From a virus (lineage: Duplodnaviria; Caudoviricetes), in IMG/VR virus record IMGVR_UViG_3300031857_023573, positions 32,001 to 96,000 of that record: 64,000 nucleotides of DNA; one strand, written 5' to 3'. A program made the position numbers and the translations under genes. The stretch's first letter is position 1. Every line of letters starts with the position of its first letter. Of the stretch, positions 49,101 to 58,094 are shown in pieces. The notes under the pieces were generated by a model. It searched no databases and was not told the DNA's origin. It was given only the letters and a program-made list of their open reading frames with translations.

Positions 49101-51607
49101 AATCTTCCAGTTACTACATCAGATTCTATGTAAATTACATCTCCTTTTTTAGGTGCGGTATCACCACTAGGTATTATAACTAACCATATACCTAGAAATC
49201 CATAAAAATATAAGCTTCTGATGACTGCAGGTGCTGATATCGCAGTTACTCCTTCTCTATACCTACTAGTTTCTGACGGCATTAGAGGTTGAATCTGTGA
49301 GTATTGAATTGTCACATTAGTTGATGAATAGGTAAATACGCCGGATAAACTATCTGAACTATTAAATTCAAAAGAAGGTTCAACCTTGAATCCATCTGAT
49401 AAGTGAGTATAATATTCAAAAGTTTTTAGTGAGTCTTTCCAGTATGTAATCCAGTTTGTTTCTAGGTAACTTTGAGAACCAGAATCATAAATTTCGTTTG
49501 TATTTCTTCCGAAGTTTATAGAAGTTTCAGTTACTGCAGAAGCATCTACAAGATAGCTGACAGGAATTAAAAACCTTTCTGGTAGTCTATATTGACCAAA
49601 ATCATCAAACCAGTTAAGTTTTGAACCCTGATCGTAATTCATGAAAAGCAGTCTTGGCTTTAATTTATCGAAAAATGTACTATCATAAACATCTGTGCGA
49701 GTCGGTGTGTTTGAGTAGTTAGAAGTCAACCACAGAGATTCATTACCTGTTAATATAAGCTCAGAATCATTGTAGTTATAGAGTTTATTTACTCCAGACT
49801 GTGTGAAAAAATTAGCGAAAGTATTTGTTAAAATATTACTTTCTGAGTTTGAAAATGTTACACCACCAGCAAATGGGTTAACTCTATAAATATTTGTGAA
49901 GTTTGAGAAGTATAAGTTAGGTGATCTATAAATAACACTATTAATATCACCATATGTGAGATTAGTTCCTAAATGTATAAAACTACCGTTTTCATTTACC
50001 ACATTCTGTAAGTCATAAAGATACAGATTGTTATTTGTACTTGAAATTGCTATGAATGATGCTGTTGCTGTATCAAAAGTCGATGGTATTCTTTCGAAAT
50101 ATTCCAAATCTGTGATATCATCAACTAAAAGGTATTCATCATCAGCGTCAACAAATTTAGAAACTCTTCTTTTAAAAGCGGTCCAGTTTCCTGACTCATA
50201 AAAAAAGTCAATAAATACTCCATTATCACCACCAACATAAAATCTATCTATGTTCAAATAAAGAGCAATATTATAATTATACTTGTCGAAATCAACAAGG
50301 TTAATTCTAGTCCAAGAATCACCACCATCATCGGTTATCCAGAGCTGATTAAATTTACCAACTACAACACCTTTTAAATCATTATAAAATGAAACAGAGT
50401 TTAGTGTAGTTATAACTTTACCCTCGTTTTGATATATCCTCGGATCTCTCGGTGTACCGGGTTTTGGTGGCACGAGAGTTTCTTCTAGTTTTACTTTTTC
50501 AATTGTAAAGTCTATTTTGTTAACCCTTAAAAGAGTACCATCATCTCCACATATCCAGTAATATTTTGATGATTGCGCTATTCCTCTTAGGGCGGTTTTA
50601 TACTTTGAACCTATAATATTAGTATATCCTTCTTGATCTACTAAAATCCCCCCGAACTCACCAACACTAATTGATCTTTCTGGTATTGTATAAACTATAT
50701 CATCTACTGTTATGCTTTGTGTTCCGTGTTTGAACGTATCATTTAGTACTAGCTCGAATAGATTATTATAATCCATTCTATTTCTTAAAACATAATTTTT
50801 TTTCTGTGTAAAGTAAACTGATTCGTTTTTCTGATATTCAGGGAAAAACCCATTTGTTAATCTTGAAAGTGACCAATAAGTCTCTCTATTTGATGTTCCT
50901 AGTTTTACACAGATTGAATATTTAATTAAGTTTTCATAAAGATCTAAATCACTTGTTCTAACAAGCCTTGAGTTTGTATACGTGTAGATTCCATTTTCGC
51001 TTGTATATACTTGATAAGTAATATTTGTACCAACCTCATCGATAATTCGATAAAATCCTTGAAAATAAGTATCTGGATTAGTTGAACTTGGTAGTGTTAT
51101 ATTAGTTACTTGGTCTTTTACAAGTACTCTATGACCCTCTTTTAGAGTAACACTATCAATTACAAAATTTGTTATCGATTGAGTTAAATTTTCATATCTT
51201 TGGTTTGTTGCAACATCTACATAAAAAAGATTTTTATACTGACTTTCAATTAATCTTGTTGGTGTGAAAAGATTTTTTAAAGTAAGTCCATATTCAGGTA
51301 GAAACTTTTCTAAAAGGTCATATTGTGAAGCTGTTGATATAATTGGTACTTCATTATCTACAGCACCACCATAAGGATTTAGATAGGGAGATAAAAATGT
51401 TGTATAGTTATAGTTTCTTAATATTTTATTAGATAACATCTCGTAGATATCATCTAAATTATTCATAGTTACAAACGTAGATCCACTAAGAACCTTTTGA
51501 TAGAATCTTAAAGATTTTAGATCTTGTTTAAGTGAGTCAAAGTCTGATCTATCTAAAGTATCAACTTTTGCGGTCCATTTATTTGTATCATTATTTAAAA
51601 TCCACAT
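46118..51607 (-). CDS. Very large virion protein: fibre-type N-module, BNR/Ycf48-like propeller segment, C-terminal Trp-Gly pentapeptide repeats
   Basis: DSVTLKEGHRVLVKDQ...ENGIY; ITDDGGDSW BNR motif; WYGGRWFGGSWENGSW repeats. Confidence 0.7.
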   Translation of the reverse strand: MWILNNDTNKWTAKVDTLDRSDFDSLKQDLKSLRFYQKVLSGSTFVTMNNLDDIYEMLSNKILRNYNYTTFLSPYLNPYGGAVDNEVPIISTASQYDLLEKFLPEYGLTLKNLFTPTRLIESQYKNLFYVDVATNQRYENLTQSITNFVIDSVTLKEGHRVLVKDQVTNITLPSSTNPDTYFQGFYRIIDEVGTNITYQVYTSENGIYTYTNSRLVRTSDLDLYENLIKYSICVKLGTSNRETYWSLSRLTNGFFPEYQKNESVYFTQKKNYVLRNRMDYNNLFELVLNDTFKHGTQSITVDDIVYTIPERSISVGEFGGILVDQEGYTNIIGSKYKTALRGIAQSSKYYWICGDDGTLLRVNKIDFTIEKVKLEETLVPPKPGTPRDPRIYQNEGKVITTLNSVSFYNDLKGVVVGKFNQLWITDDGGDSWTRINLVDFDKYNYNIALYLNIDRFYVGGDNGVFIDFFYESGNWTAFKRRVSKFVDADDEYLLVDDITDLEYFERIPSTFDTATASFIAISSTNNNLYLYDLQNVVNENGSFIHLGTNLTYGDINSVIYRSPNLYFSNFTNIYRVNPFAGGVTFSNSESNILTNTFANFFTQSGVNKLYNYNDSELILTGNESLWLTSNYSNTPTRTDVYDSTFFDKLKPRLLFMNYDQGSKLNWFDDFGQYRLPERFLIPVSYLVDASAVTETSINFGRNTNEIYDSGSQSYLETNWITYWKDSLKTFEYYTHLSDGFKVEPSFEFNSSDSLSGVFTYSSTNVTIQYSQIQPLMPSETSRYREGVTAISAPAVIRSLYFYGFLGIWLVIIPSGDTAPKKGDVIYIESDVVTGRFIINKVFTQIVGGNARHFQYFYTNFNQNILNNLNESTLISVTNLNKYPTTTGGIGTFTQTFVGAGYNQGSYKNLSSTSAIGYSATFDVQINGAGNVVSIAVNNPGYKYSVGDIIYLSTTNQIGGSGDISLTITELNYNSLFLDNFKKHYISYAYEIEVKESDYPVPVASPVGLTQSFQITGKYSQYSAYYNLQANVQVLNTSGYLLQDDIRYKSQFLNFGYTPTYNLLSYLNFIDDSIFVPSKEFLVLPKYDDIPGPDSGIADTSVVNDNLIYVDFIPNPYSGQSESNKLFFGINLKPIWDSFLLWTFVDIQVKQGTGYPPSGVVHTTNRLLIVDKYYDNTTYTEPYYVIVFHQKFEGTNDTSAITIHSRRTLRQISEDLQYMNNIHRPYDDSDGNIWSEIEIEPGFTFTNYQTPIKFKIPTDSYTKALTADLDVIKNVSGIVYTDFEGNLAIQMTKLDRDLLLDVNGIFSSVNGLYQIAFGDKHGLKTGDAVTIKTATASTPNHTEYLGFHTVNVIDDYFIELNVPFAGVFPLDNLVASVTRKDPFLNFQPVDIFDLGVGDKKVKQSVEITTEMYKLVDDKYKLENVDFNKFRFRLIDGLDLVSLTEKYYWILDAEVSDAIIGMDQDQNLIWYRGIWEGGRWFGGTWISGTWKSGDWYDGVWTSKQITDKLLSVKVDNLRTDEFNSTWYGGRWFGGSWENGSWYSGRWYGGTWGSGRWFDGTWNDGTWNNGQFLGGTWVLGTWYNGIFNTDSSLSYWLDGKFNGGDFENGIWYDGEFNEQGGKISRFGTKSFNSRNSIWYGGKFIKGQFHSFLNINDQGLPDVSEIHKYSKWYTGVFSGGVFYGGDVYNINFNSSLWQGGISNEVNIIRINTDDNRFTLSGVYRFNIGDIFYIVDNLITGVYSDFGSTNNPRKYTVLDTNIDEDLNRTEVFVDQLLVDIMSVDTGISNNLGIKCVSSFKASTWNSGIWFNGVFDEGYFNGGIWYNGWFNGVWG

Positions 51608-51608
51608 A

Positions 51609-51824
51609 TTATCTCTTAACTTTTAATTTCCAAGTAACTGTTTTTGTATTCACATCTATGTAGTTTGTAGAAATCGTTACTTTAGATTTCTGTAAAATTT
51701 GTTTAATTTCGTCTATAAATTCATCATACTTATAGATGTCAGAAATATACTCTCCTACATCAATGAGAAACTCATCGTTATCTGAGAAAATCAAATTATA
51801 TACTAATTCGTCTTTATATTTCAT
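51609..51824 (-). CDS. Small hypothetical protein
   Basis: 71 aa; AATATATA at 51829-51836, 4 nt upstream. Confidence 0.65.
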   Translation of the reverse strand: MKYKDELVYNLIFSDNDEFLIDVGEYISDIYKYDEFIDEIKQILQKSKVTISTNYIDVNTKTVTWKLKVKR

Positions 51825-51853
51825 AAACTATATATTAAAGACGTTGTTTTTTA

Positions 51854-53725
51854 TCAAAAGTTTGGATTTTCTGACCGATATTTATCATATCTGTTAGTCA
51901 ATTCAATCAAAAACTTATTTCTTACAATATCTTCATTTTTGAATTCGAACATGAAGAGATCTTCCATTCCATCTGTCATTTTGATAAAATCAACATACCC
52001 AGAATCTCTCCTTTTTACATCATACTGTGATGTATCTCCCATCATAACTGCTTTTGAGTCTTTACCAAGACGTGTGGACCAAAGCATAAGTTGCTTGATA
52101 GATGCGTTTTGACATTCGTCGAGTAACATAATACAGTTATCATAGGTTGAACCTCTCATGTACGCAAGTGGTTCAAAAGTAATTTCTTCTATTGAAAAAA
52201 GCCAATCTATAGTTCCTCTATCTAAAATTTTACAGAAATTGGTATAATATGACTGCTTGTATGGATCAATCTTTTCATCTACTGTTCCCGGCAGAAGTCC
52301 AAGTTGCTCACCACTTTCTTGAATTGGTTTTGTTATTATGATTTTATCAATTTTTCTATCTGCAAGTAGTGAGAGTGCTGTGTAACACGTTGTAAAAGTG
52401 TTGTGAGTCACAATGTAATCATTTGTAAGATAAAGATGACTAGAGTGTTCGACTTTAATACACTTTGCTTCTTTTTTTCCGATGAATTTAGCACCAATGA
52501 TATATCTTGTAGGTCTGTATTTAGTTTTAGAAACTACTTTTTCAGATTTTCTTTTAAGTAGAAATGGATTAATATCTGGATTCATAGTTACAGTAATTGA
52601 GTATGAATTTTTTCCCATAATTTTTTCACCATCTTTATAATAGTATCCTTGAGTAGACTTTCTTTCAGTTGCAATTCCACCTAAAGATTGAACAAGTTCT
52701 TTGACATCATTAACTAATCTTTTTGATGTTGATGAAAAACTAACATATGTCCCATCATTAGAAACTGTGCCATCTGTGTCCATAATTCCTCTAAGTAGAG
52801 AAATTCTATTTTCCACAGTATTAAATTTATAAACATCTGGAATAAATTTATCACTAGACAAATTTCCCCATAGTTCAATTTTTTTAAGATATTGTTTTAT
52901 TTTGTTTGTACGAGAATCTTCTTTTTTGATAAGTGCATAGTCGTACTTTGTTCTTTTTGATACTTTAATATCACTATCTAAAAGACTCGTAATTGTATCA
53001 ATAATTTCACTATCTGCAGTTGTGAACCCAACGTGGTGTCTTAGGCAACCATCACCAATTAGACAACCCATAATATATGGGTGTATTTCTAATTCCTGTT
53101 CTATGAACTCAACTGGGTTCGTAATTGGTATTGTGTGGTTTATTCTACCTCTTTTTGTATAGAGTGTTTCTATTATTTCACTTGTTGTTTTTACAGTCCC
53201 TGGCTTTTGTTCTCTGTATCTAGTTCTTTGGCCATTTACTGTTTTTGTCCACTTTCTATTATTTCTATCATTTTCAGACTGTGTAACCCAAAGATGGTCG
53301 AGACAACATTCTACTGTCGTATTATCCGAAAACTTGAGTTCCCAAATATCTTTTTTACCTTGTGGAAAAACTCCAACAATATTGGTCTCTTTACCATCAA
53401 TTGATACTACTTTATCACCGATTTCAAGCTGACCCATAGTAGTCCATCCGGTCGGTGTTAAGACTGGTGAATCGAGAGGTTGTGCCTTACTAGTTCCAGC
53501 AGGGCCGTGAACCACAGTAAGGGTATTGTTTCTAATACCTTTATAAAGATCAGTTTGCTTGTCAGATAATCTTACACCAGTTGAATTTTGGAAAGACTCT
53601 TTGGTTAGAGAAGCTCTTTTTCTTTGAAGTTTATCAACTTCATATTCTCTTAAGCTTTCATCAATCTCTCTTTGAACTTGAGTTCGTTGACTTTGCTTTG
53701 TTTTAGAACGTTGTTGTCGAGCCAT
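51854..53725 (-). CDS. phoH: PhoH-like ATPase interrupted by an intein
   Basis: HGPAGTSK|intein|TF; KIIITKP; LGLLPG...EK..PY; PLAYMRGST; LDECQNA; GDTSQYD; IVRN. Spliced product 261 aa. Confidence 0.92.
   Translation of the reverse strand: MARQQRSKTKQSQRTQVQREIDESLREYEVDKLQRKRASLTKESFQNSTGVRLSDKQTDLYKGIRNNTLTVVHGPAGTSKAQPLDSPVLTPTGWTTMGQLEIGDKVVSIDGKETNIVGVFPQGKKDIWELKFSDNTTVECCLDHLWVTQSENDRNNRKWTKTVNGQRTRYREQKPGTVKTTSEIIETLYTKRGRINHTIPITNPVEFIEQELEIHPYIMGCLIGDGCLRHHVGFTTADSEIIDTITSLLDSDIKVSKRTKYDYALIKKEDSRTNKIKQYLKKIELWGNLSSDKFIPDVYKFNTVENRISLLRGIMDTDGTVSNDGTYVSFSSTSKRLVNDVKELVQSLGGIATERKSTQGYYYKDGEKIMGKNSYSITVTMNPDINPFLLKRKSEKVVSKTKYRPTRYIIGAKFIGKKEAKCIKVEHSSHLYLTNDYIVTHNTFTTCYTALSLLADRKIDKIIITKPIQESGEQLGLLPGTVDEKIDPYKQSYYTNFCKILDRGTIDWLFSIEEITFEPLAYMRGSTYDNCIMLLDECQNASIKQLMLWSTRLGKDSKAVMMGDTSQYDVKRRDSGYVDFIKMTDGMEDLFMFEFKNEDIVRNKFLIELTNRYDKYRSENPNF
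52400..53485 (-). mobile_element. Class-3 intein (362 aa) with LAGLIDADG homing endonuclease
   Basis: Starts at Ala (AQPLDSPVLTPTGW), ends THN before Thr+1; WCT triad (DHLW, AKCIKV, VTHN); LAGLIDADG motifs YIMGCLIGDG and LLRGIMDTDG. Confidence 0.9.
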
Positions 53726-53772
53726 AGATTTTTATTTTTATATATTCAAATAACTATGACCTCGAAAAAAAT

Positions 53773-53798
53773 AAAAAACCTCAAAAAAATTGAGGTTT
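53773..53798 (-). terminator. Intrinsic terminator
   Basis: AAACCTCAA-AAAAA-TTGAGGTTT with U-tract on the minus strand, at the stop of 53797-54747. Confidence 0.8.
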
Positions 53799-54747
53799 AT
53801 TGTTCATCTTCATACCATTCATCGTATTCTGGTTCAGGCTCTTCTTCTATTCTTTCAAGTCCACCATCGTTTTGAACTAGTATATAATCCCATCTAAATG
53901 ATCCGGAATTAGACAGGTATCCATTCACAGTATCAAAGTATTTAAAAGTATCGATATATGGGTAGTAATTAAACTGTTTGTTTTCTAATTTTATTTTAAG
54001 ATCAAGTTTTTTTGGTTCACCATCAACTACAAAAATACGTTCTGATTTAGCAGATTGTTCCCACTTATAAATATATCCGTTTTCTTTTGCCCAAGTTTTG
54101 AATGCTTCTACTTCATGATCATAGACTGAATAGATTCTATCCATGACTTTATAAGAATTTCCGTCTTTATCTACAGCAGATTCCCAGAGAAGAGCTCTTG
54201 TTATAAGTCTATCATTTTCATCTACGTGAATTAGCATCTTTACTTGCTGTGGATTATTTGAGTAGATACTCATGAATTTGTTTTTTTCTGGGTATCTCAT
54301 GCAAGAATGCCAGAGAGTACCGGGTGTCAAACCATTCGGGGTGGAGTAGTTGTCTTCTAAGTACCATTTTTTAATTTCTTGACCTTCTACTATTTTAAAC
54401 TCATTAATATTTGAGTTAAAATAGCTTTTATAGATATTGACATAGAATTCAATATCAGAGTCTTTTACATTAAAAAGATTAATAGCTTCTTTTCTCAAGA
54501 ACTTTTTAATAAATCTGCCGATTTTCATTTTAGTTCTATACTTTGACTCATTGGCGTCATTAATTGAAACTAATTTACTAGATGGAATAAATGAAATAAA
54601 ATCATCGTTTTCAACTTTGATAAAATCCCCTTCTTTTTTTACGAATCTTTCTGATTCAAAAGTTAGAATAGCACTTATTTTTGAGATTTGTAGAGTATCT
54701 CTTGTAAAGTTTCTAAACTTATCATCTAAATTGAATTGTAGCATCAT
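53797..54747 (-). CDS. Phage protein with SCMR motif (PcfJ-like), function unknown
   Basis: TLWHSCMRY, ITRALLW, MDRIYS, YYPYIDTF motifs recurring in large-phage hypothetical proteins. Confidence 0.6.
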   Translation of the reverse strand: MMLQFNLDDKFRNFTRDTLQISKISAILTFESERFVKKEGDFIKVENDDFISFIPSSKLVSINDANESKYRTKMKIGRFIKKFLRKEAINLFNVKDSDIEFYVNIYKSYFNSNINEFKIVEGQEIKKWYLEDNYSTPNGLTPGTLWHSCMRYPEKNKFMSIYSNNPQQVKMLIHVDENDRLITRALLWESAVDKDGNSYKVMDRIYSVYDHEVEAFKTWAKENGYIYKWEQSAKSERIFVVDGEPKKLDLKIKLENKQFNYYPYIDTFKYFDTVNGYLSNSGSFRWDYILVQNDGGLERIEEEPEPEYDEWYEDEQ

Positions 54748-54760
54748 AATATATAGTTTT

Positions 54761-54985
54761 ATGAACTTTTTATTTGAGTTTAAAAATTATTATAATCCTG
54801 GTGATATCGTACTTATCGAATATTGGTACAACGGTATGATAACACCTGTAAAAATTTTAGAAAAAGTTTCTAAAAAGTCTTATTTAATCTCTCACAACAT
54901 TCCCCAGTCTAAAATACATTTGGCACCTGATGAAATTATTAAATCATCAGATATTATTGACACTTTTAATAAACAAGTGAATTAA
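54761..54985 (+). CDS. 74-aa SH3/KOW-like protein (MNFLFEFKNY...)
   Basis: ATG at 54761 is in frame with track ORF 54551-54985 and lies 5 nt after AATATATA (54748-54755); PGDIVLIEY. Confidence 0.7.
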   Translation: MNFLFEFKNYYNPGDIVLIEYWYNGMITPVKILEKVSKKSYLISHNIPQSKIHLAPDEIIKSSDIIDTFNKQVN

Positions 54986-56120
54986 CCATTACCTCGTAAG
55001 AGATTCTATCATCTGGATTATTCATGTCTAAATACTGATTTTTAATTACTTCAATTTCTTCTTTTGAAAGTGAAGTATTCAAAAACTTGTCTTTCACACT
55101 TTCGTATTTATAGTCAACATCAGTTGTAGTTTTAAAACTAGTTACTTCCATTTCTTTTAACTGGCCTTTTCCAGAGTCATAGTAAGTTCTTGCCTTTCTT
55201 TGCTTTGACATTCCTGAATTATGATAATAATCTTCATCATCATAGTATTGTCCGTAGTCATAATTATGATAGTTCTTATTTGACCAAGATTTAGGCTTTC
55301 TTGAGAATCCTCTTGAATTCCAAGATGTAGCGGTTCTTGAGTCATAAGAATCCCAGTCATATAGGGATTCTTTTTTATTTTTATCTCTTTTTGTTGGTAG
55401 ATTTTCCCAGTCAACATTCAAACAAGCAACTGCTAGCTTGTGTAGATGTAAAATATCTTGACTTTCATTGAAAGTATGTTCTGAGTTATATCCAACTGAG
55501 ATATTAGTACATTCTGAAATTTGAGATACGAATTCAGCTGAGTCTGTATAAACACCAGTTGAATCTGTTTTGTAGGAAAGACCACCTTTATTTAGTTCTT
55601 TTGCTAGAGCTTTTGCAAATTCATCTGAACAGCTTCTAGTTGAAGATTGGTGTGTAATAACTGAATTATTTCCTCTTCGGTCGAATGAAATAATACGGTC
55701 CCAGTTTTGTTCTATTGTTTTAGATCGAAGTGATGATCCGATACAACCAACTTCTTCACCAAAGAAGAAGTAGTAGAGTCCAGGTATTTGGTGTTTCATC
55801 ATCCAAAGCATGATTGTGACACCTGCTTTATCATCAGCTCCTAAGATTGATTTTCCGTCAGTTTTGATGATATTTCCTTGAAATTGATGTTTTACTTCAA
55901 CTTGGTCTTTACAAGCGGTATCAAGGTGGCTTGCAAAAATTGTTCTGCTTTCACCTATTTTGAAAAAATAATTGCCGTGAATATCTTTTTCTAAGTTTTT
56001 TGGGAAAACTCCTGCTTCGGTCATTTCCTCTACTAACTCGTCTTCATACCCATATGGATAGGTCTTTGACGTTAGTTTAATAAATGTGTTTTTAATAAAA
56101 TTGAAAGATTCTTTACTCAT
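54966..56120 (-). CDS. M20/M28-like zinc metallopeptidase
   Basis: FASHLD, LGADDKAG, FGEEVGCIGS, ISFDRRG, TDSAEF, NISVGY..EH ligand set; Y/D-rich tail. Confidence 0.75.
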   Translation of the reverse strand: MSKESFNFIKNTFIKLTSKTYPYGYEDELVEEMTEAGVFPKNLEKDIHGNYFFKIGESRTIFASHLDTACKDQVEVKHQFQGNIIKTDGKSILGADDKAGVTIMLWMMKHQIPGLYYFFFGEEVGCIGSSLRSKTIEQNWDRIISFDRRGNNSVITHQSSTRSCSDEFAKALAKELNKGGLSYKTDSTGVYTDSAEFVSQISECTNISVGYNSEHTFNESQDILHLHKLAVACLNVDWENLPTKRDKNKKESLYDWDSYDSRTATSWNSRGFSRKPKSWSNKNYHNYDYGQYYDDEDYYHNSGMSKQRKARTYYDSGKGQLKEMEVTSFKTTTDVDYKYESVKDKFLNTSLSKEEIEVIKNQYLDMNNPDDRISYEVMVNSLVY

Positions 56121-56311
56121 TAGAGCTAATATAAGATAAATATATCAAAAATCCAAATTTGTTGAAGTCTTTTTTGGTAAAGGTTTCTGAAAAATAGTGT
56201 CAAAATTACTCATAAAAAATCCGAATACCGAATTTAAACAAAAATATTTTTTGATATATAACAACATGATTCTTGGAACATGATTTCAAGAACCAAAAAA
56301 TAAATATCAAT

Positions 56312-56953
56312 ATGATAAAAACAATTAAAAGTTTGATGCTGGTATTGACAATGGTATTTGCCTTCAATTTTGCAAGTGCTCAAAATACCTGTTGTACTAA
56401 AAATGGTACTAACGTTCTACCAGAAGCAGGCGAATTCTCAATTGGAATAGATGCAGTTCCAGTTTTAAACTATTTCGGAAATTTCTTTAACAACTCTGGA
56501 AACACAGCAGCTGTTGGTTTCCAACAAGCTGGTGTTATCACTGGTTCTTATATGAAGACTGCAAATACTTCATATCGTGGAAAATTAGCTATCAACTATG
56601 CTACTTCAACTGTAGATTCTACTGATACCCAATCAGCTGGTGTTAATGTAGGAGCTGGTATTTTGAAGTATCGTGGCAAAACTCGTCTACAAGGTTACTA
56701 TGGTGCTGAAGTAGGACTTGGTTTTGGTAGCGGTAAAGTTACAGTAAGTGGTACTGAAACTGAAACACCTTCAACTCTTGGTGTTAATGCTCGTGCATTT
56801 GTTGGAGCTCAATATTTCTTTGCTCCAAAAATGTCAGTTGGAACAGAATACGGTTGGGGACCTGGTTTCTCTAAAGTGGGTGACAATAAATCATCTTTCA
56901 ACCTTGGTGTTGATAACATGGGTGGTTCTATCTACTTGAACCTTTTCTTCTAA
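56312..56953 (+). CDS. Outer-membrane beta-barrel protein with signal peptide (probable start ATG 56312)
   Basis: MIKTIKSLMLVLTMVFAFNFASA-Q signal; alternating amphipathic strands (FVGAQYFFAPKMSVGTEYGW); C-terminal Phe. Confidence 0.8.
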   Translation: MIKTIKSLMLVLTMVFAFNFASAQNTCCTKNGTNVLPEAGEFSIGIDAVPVLNYFGNFFNNSGNTAAVGFQQAGVITGSYMKTANTSYRGKLAINYATSTVDSTDTQSAGVNVGAGILKYRGKTRLQGYYGAEVGLGFGSGKVTVSGTETETPSTLGVNARAFVGAQYFFAPKMSVGTEYGWGPGFSKVGDNKSSFNLGVDNMGGSIYLNLFF

Positions 56954-56979
56954 TATTATACACATATAATAAATGCATC

Positions 56980-57011
56980 AAAGAGGCTTCGAAAGAGGCC
57001 TCTTTTTTTTT
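56980..57011 (+). terminator. Intrinsic terminator with GAAA tetraloop
   Basis: AAAGAGGCTTC-GAAA-GAGGCCTCTTT followed by a T-run. Confidence 0.9.
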
Positions 57012-57042
57012 AAACTAACCCTTGAATTCCTACTATATAACT

Positions 57043-57118
57043 TAGCTGTTCGTCAATCTTATGTCGAGTGTTCAGTGTGACACTTTTAAGAGTTTGAAAA
57101 GACTCAAAGATATAGGAT
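57043..57118 (+). ncRNA. Structured 5' leader RNA (three-way junction plus long-range helix)
   Basis: P2 ATCTTATGTC(57056-65)/GATATAGGAT(57109-18); P3 GAGTGT/ACACTT; P4 GAGTTT-GAAA-AGACTC; P1 TAGCTGTTCGT pairs with ACGAACAGCTA at 58077-58087. Confidence 0.6.
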
Positions 57119-57138
57119 AAAAAATAAAAAGAATAACT

Positions 57139-58068
57139 ATGAAAGTTAAACAAACAAAAGGCACTAATTTGCCAAGTGCTTGGATCGTAAGTCCAAAAGA
57201 TAAAGGCAGAAAATCAATCAAGGGAGATAAAATCTATCTCGATGATAATCAAGAATTTGAAATCGAAATCTTCAACCCCTTAAAAGAATCAGTACTAGCT
57301 GATATTCGTTTAAACGGTAGTTCAATTGCTAAAACCGGTCTAGTTATCAAACCAGGCCAAAGAGTCTACTTAGATTGTTTTGTTGATGATAGAAAGAAAT
57401 TTATATTTCAAACCTATCAAATCGATGGAAGTCAAGAATCAATTGATGCAACCTCTGATAACGGTCTACTTGAAGTATTTTTCTACAAAGAACAAGCAGT
57501 CACACTTCAAAACTGGGCTGATAGATTTCATAAAGTTGTAATTCATGAATACTATCCAGTGTATCCTGTATACACAAGATGGTATCCTTACTCCGGAACT
57601 ATTTTGACTGGTGGTATAACTACTGACACAATTACTTCTGGAACAACTTTAACCAACACAAACGGTTCAAATGCTATTTTTAGTACAAATAGTGGAAATT
57701 TTACTGTTGGTAACAGTTATAATTCTGGAACTCTTACTTCTTGCAATACTGCTTATTACAATTCACCAGTAGCTGATCCTCTTGAAACCGGTAGAGTTGA
57801 AAAAGGTGAGAAATCTAATCAGCAATTTGTTGATGTTGATATGGAGTTTGAAAAGAACCACATACACCATCTTGTATATCAACTTCTACCAAGCTCAAGG
57901 AAACCAAAAGAAGTTAAAGATTTTTCAAAAAATTATGATAAAAAAACAAACAGAAATTCAGATGACACAATTGAGTTAATTAAAAAGCTCTCTGATTTAC
58001 ACTCAGCTGGCATCTTAACAGATGAAGAGTTTTCTAATAAAAAGTCTGAACTACTCAGTAAAATTTAA
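57139..58068 (+). CDS. Phage hypothetical protein with C-terminal SHOCT domain
   Basis: N-terminal beta-domain (EFEIEIFNP...NGLLEVFFYKE), T/S/N-rich linker, IKKLSDLHSAGILTDEEFSNKKSELL (SHOCT). Confidence 0.75.
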   Translation: MKVKQTKGTNLPSAWIVSPKDKGRKSIKGDKIYLDDNQEFEIEIFNPLKESVLADIRLNGSSIAKTGLVIKPGQRVYLDCFVDDRKKFIFQTYQIDGSQESIDATSDNGLLEVFFYKEQAVTLQNWADRFHKVVIHEYYPVYPVYTRWYPYSGTILTGGITTDTITSGTTLTNTNGSNAIFSTNSGNFTVGNSYNSGTLTSCNTAYYNSPVADPLETGRVEKGEKSNQQFVDVDMEFEKNHIHHLVYQLLPSSRKPKEVKDFSKNYDKKTNRNSDDTIELIKKLSDLHSAGILTDEEFSNKKSELLSKI

Positions 58069-58094
58069 AGAACCAAACGAACAGCTATAAATCT

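Noticed and set aside
54551-54760. 5' extension of track ORF 54551-54985
   Set aside because: Overlaps the 316-aa minus-strand gene antisense; the in-frame ATG at 54761 has the conserved upstream motif.
56273-56311. TTG start of the OMP gene given in the track
   Set aside because: It would place a polar 13-aa stretch before the signal peptide and falls inside the leader hairpin; ATG 56312 gives a canonical signal.
57043-58087. Long-range P1 helix read as RNase P RNA or a group I intron
   Set aside because: No GAGGAAAGUCC core and no recognisable group I P7/catalytic elements; the enclosed region is a continuous ORF.
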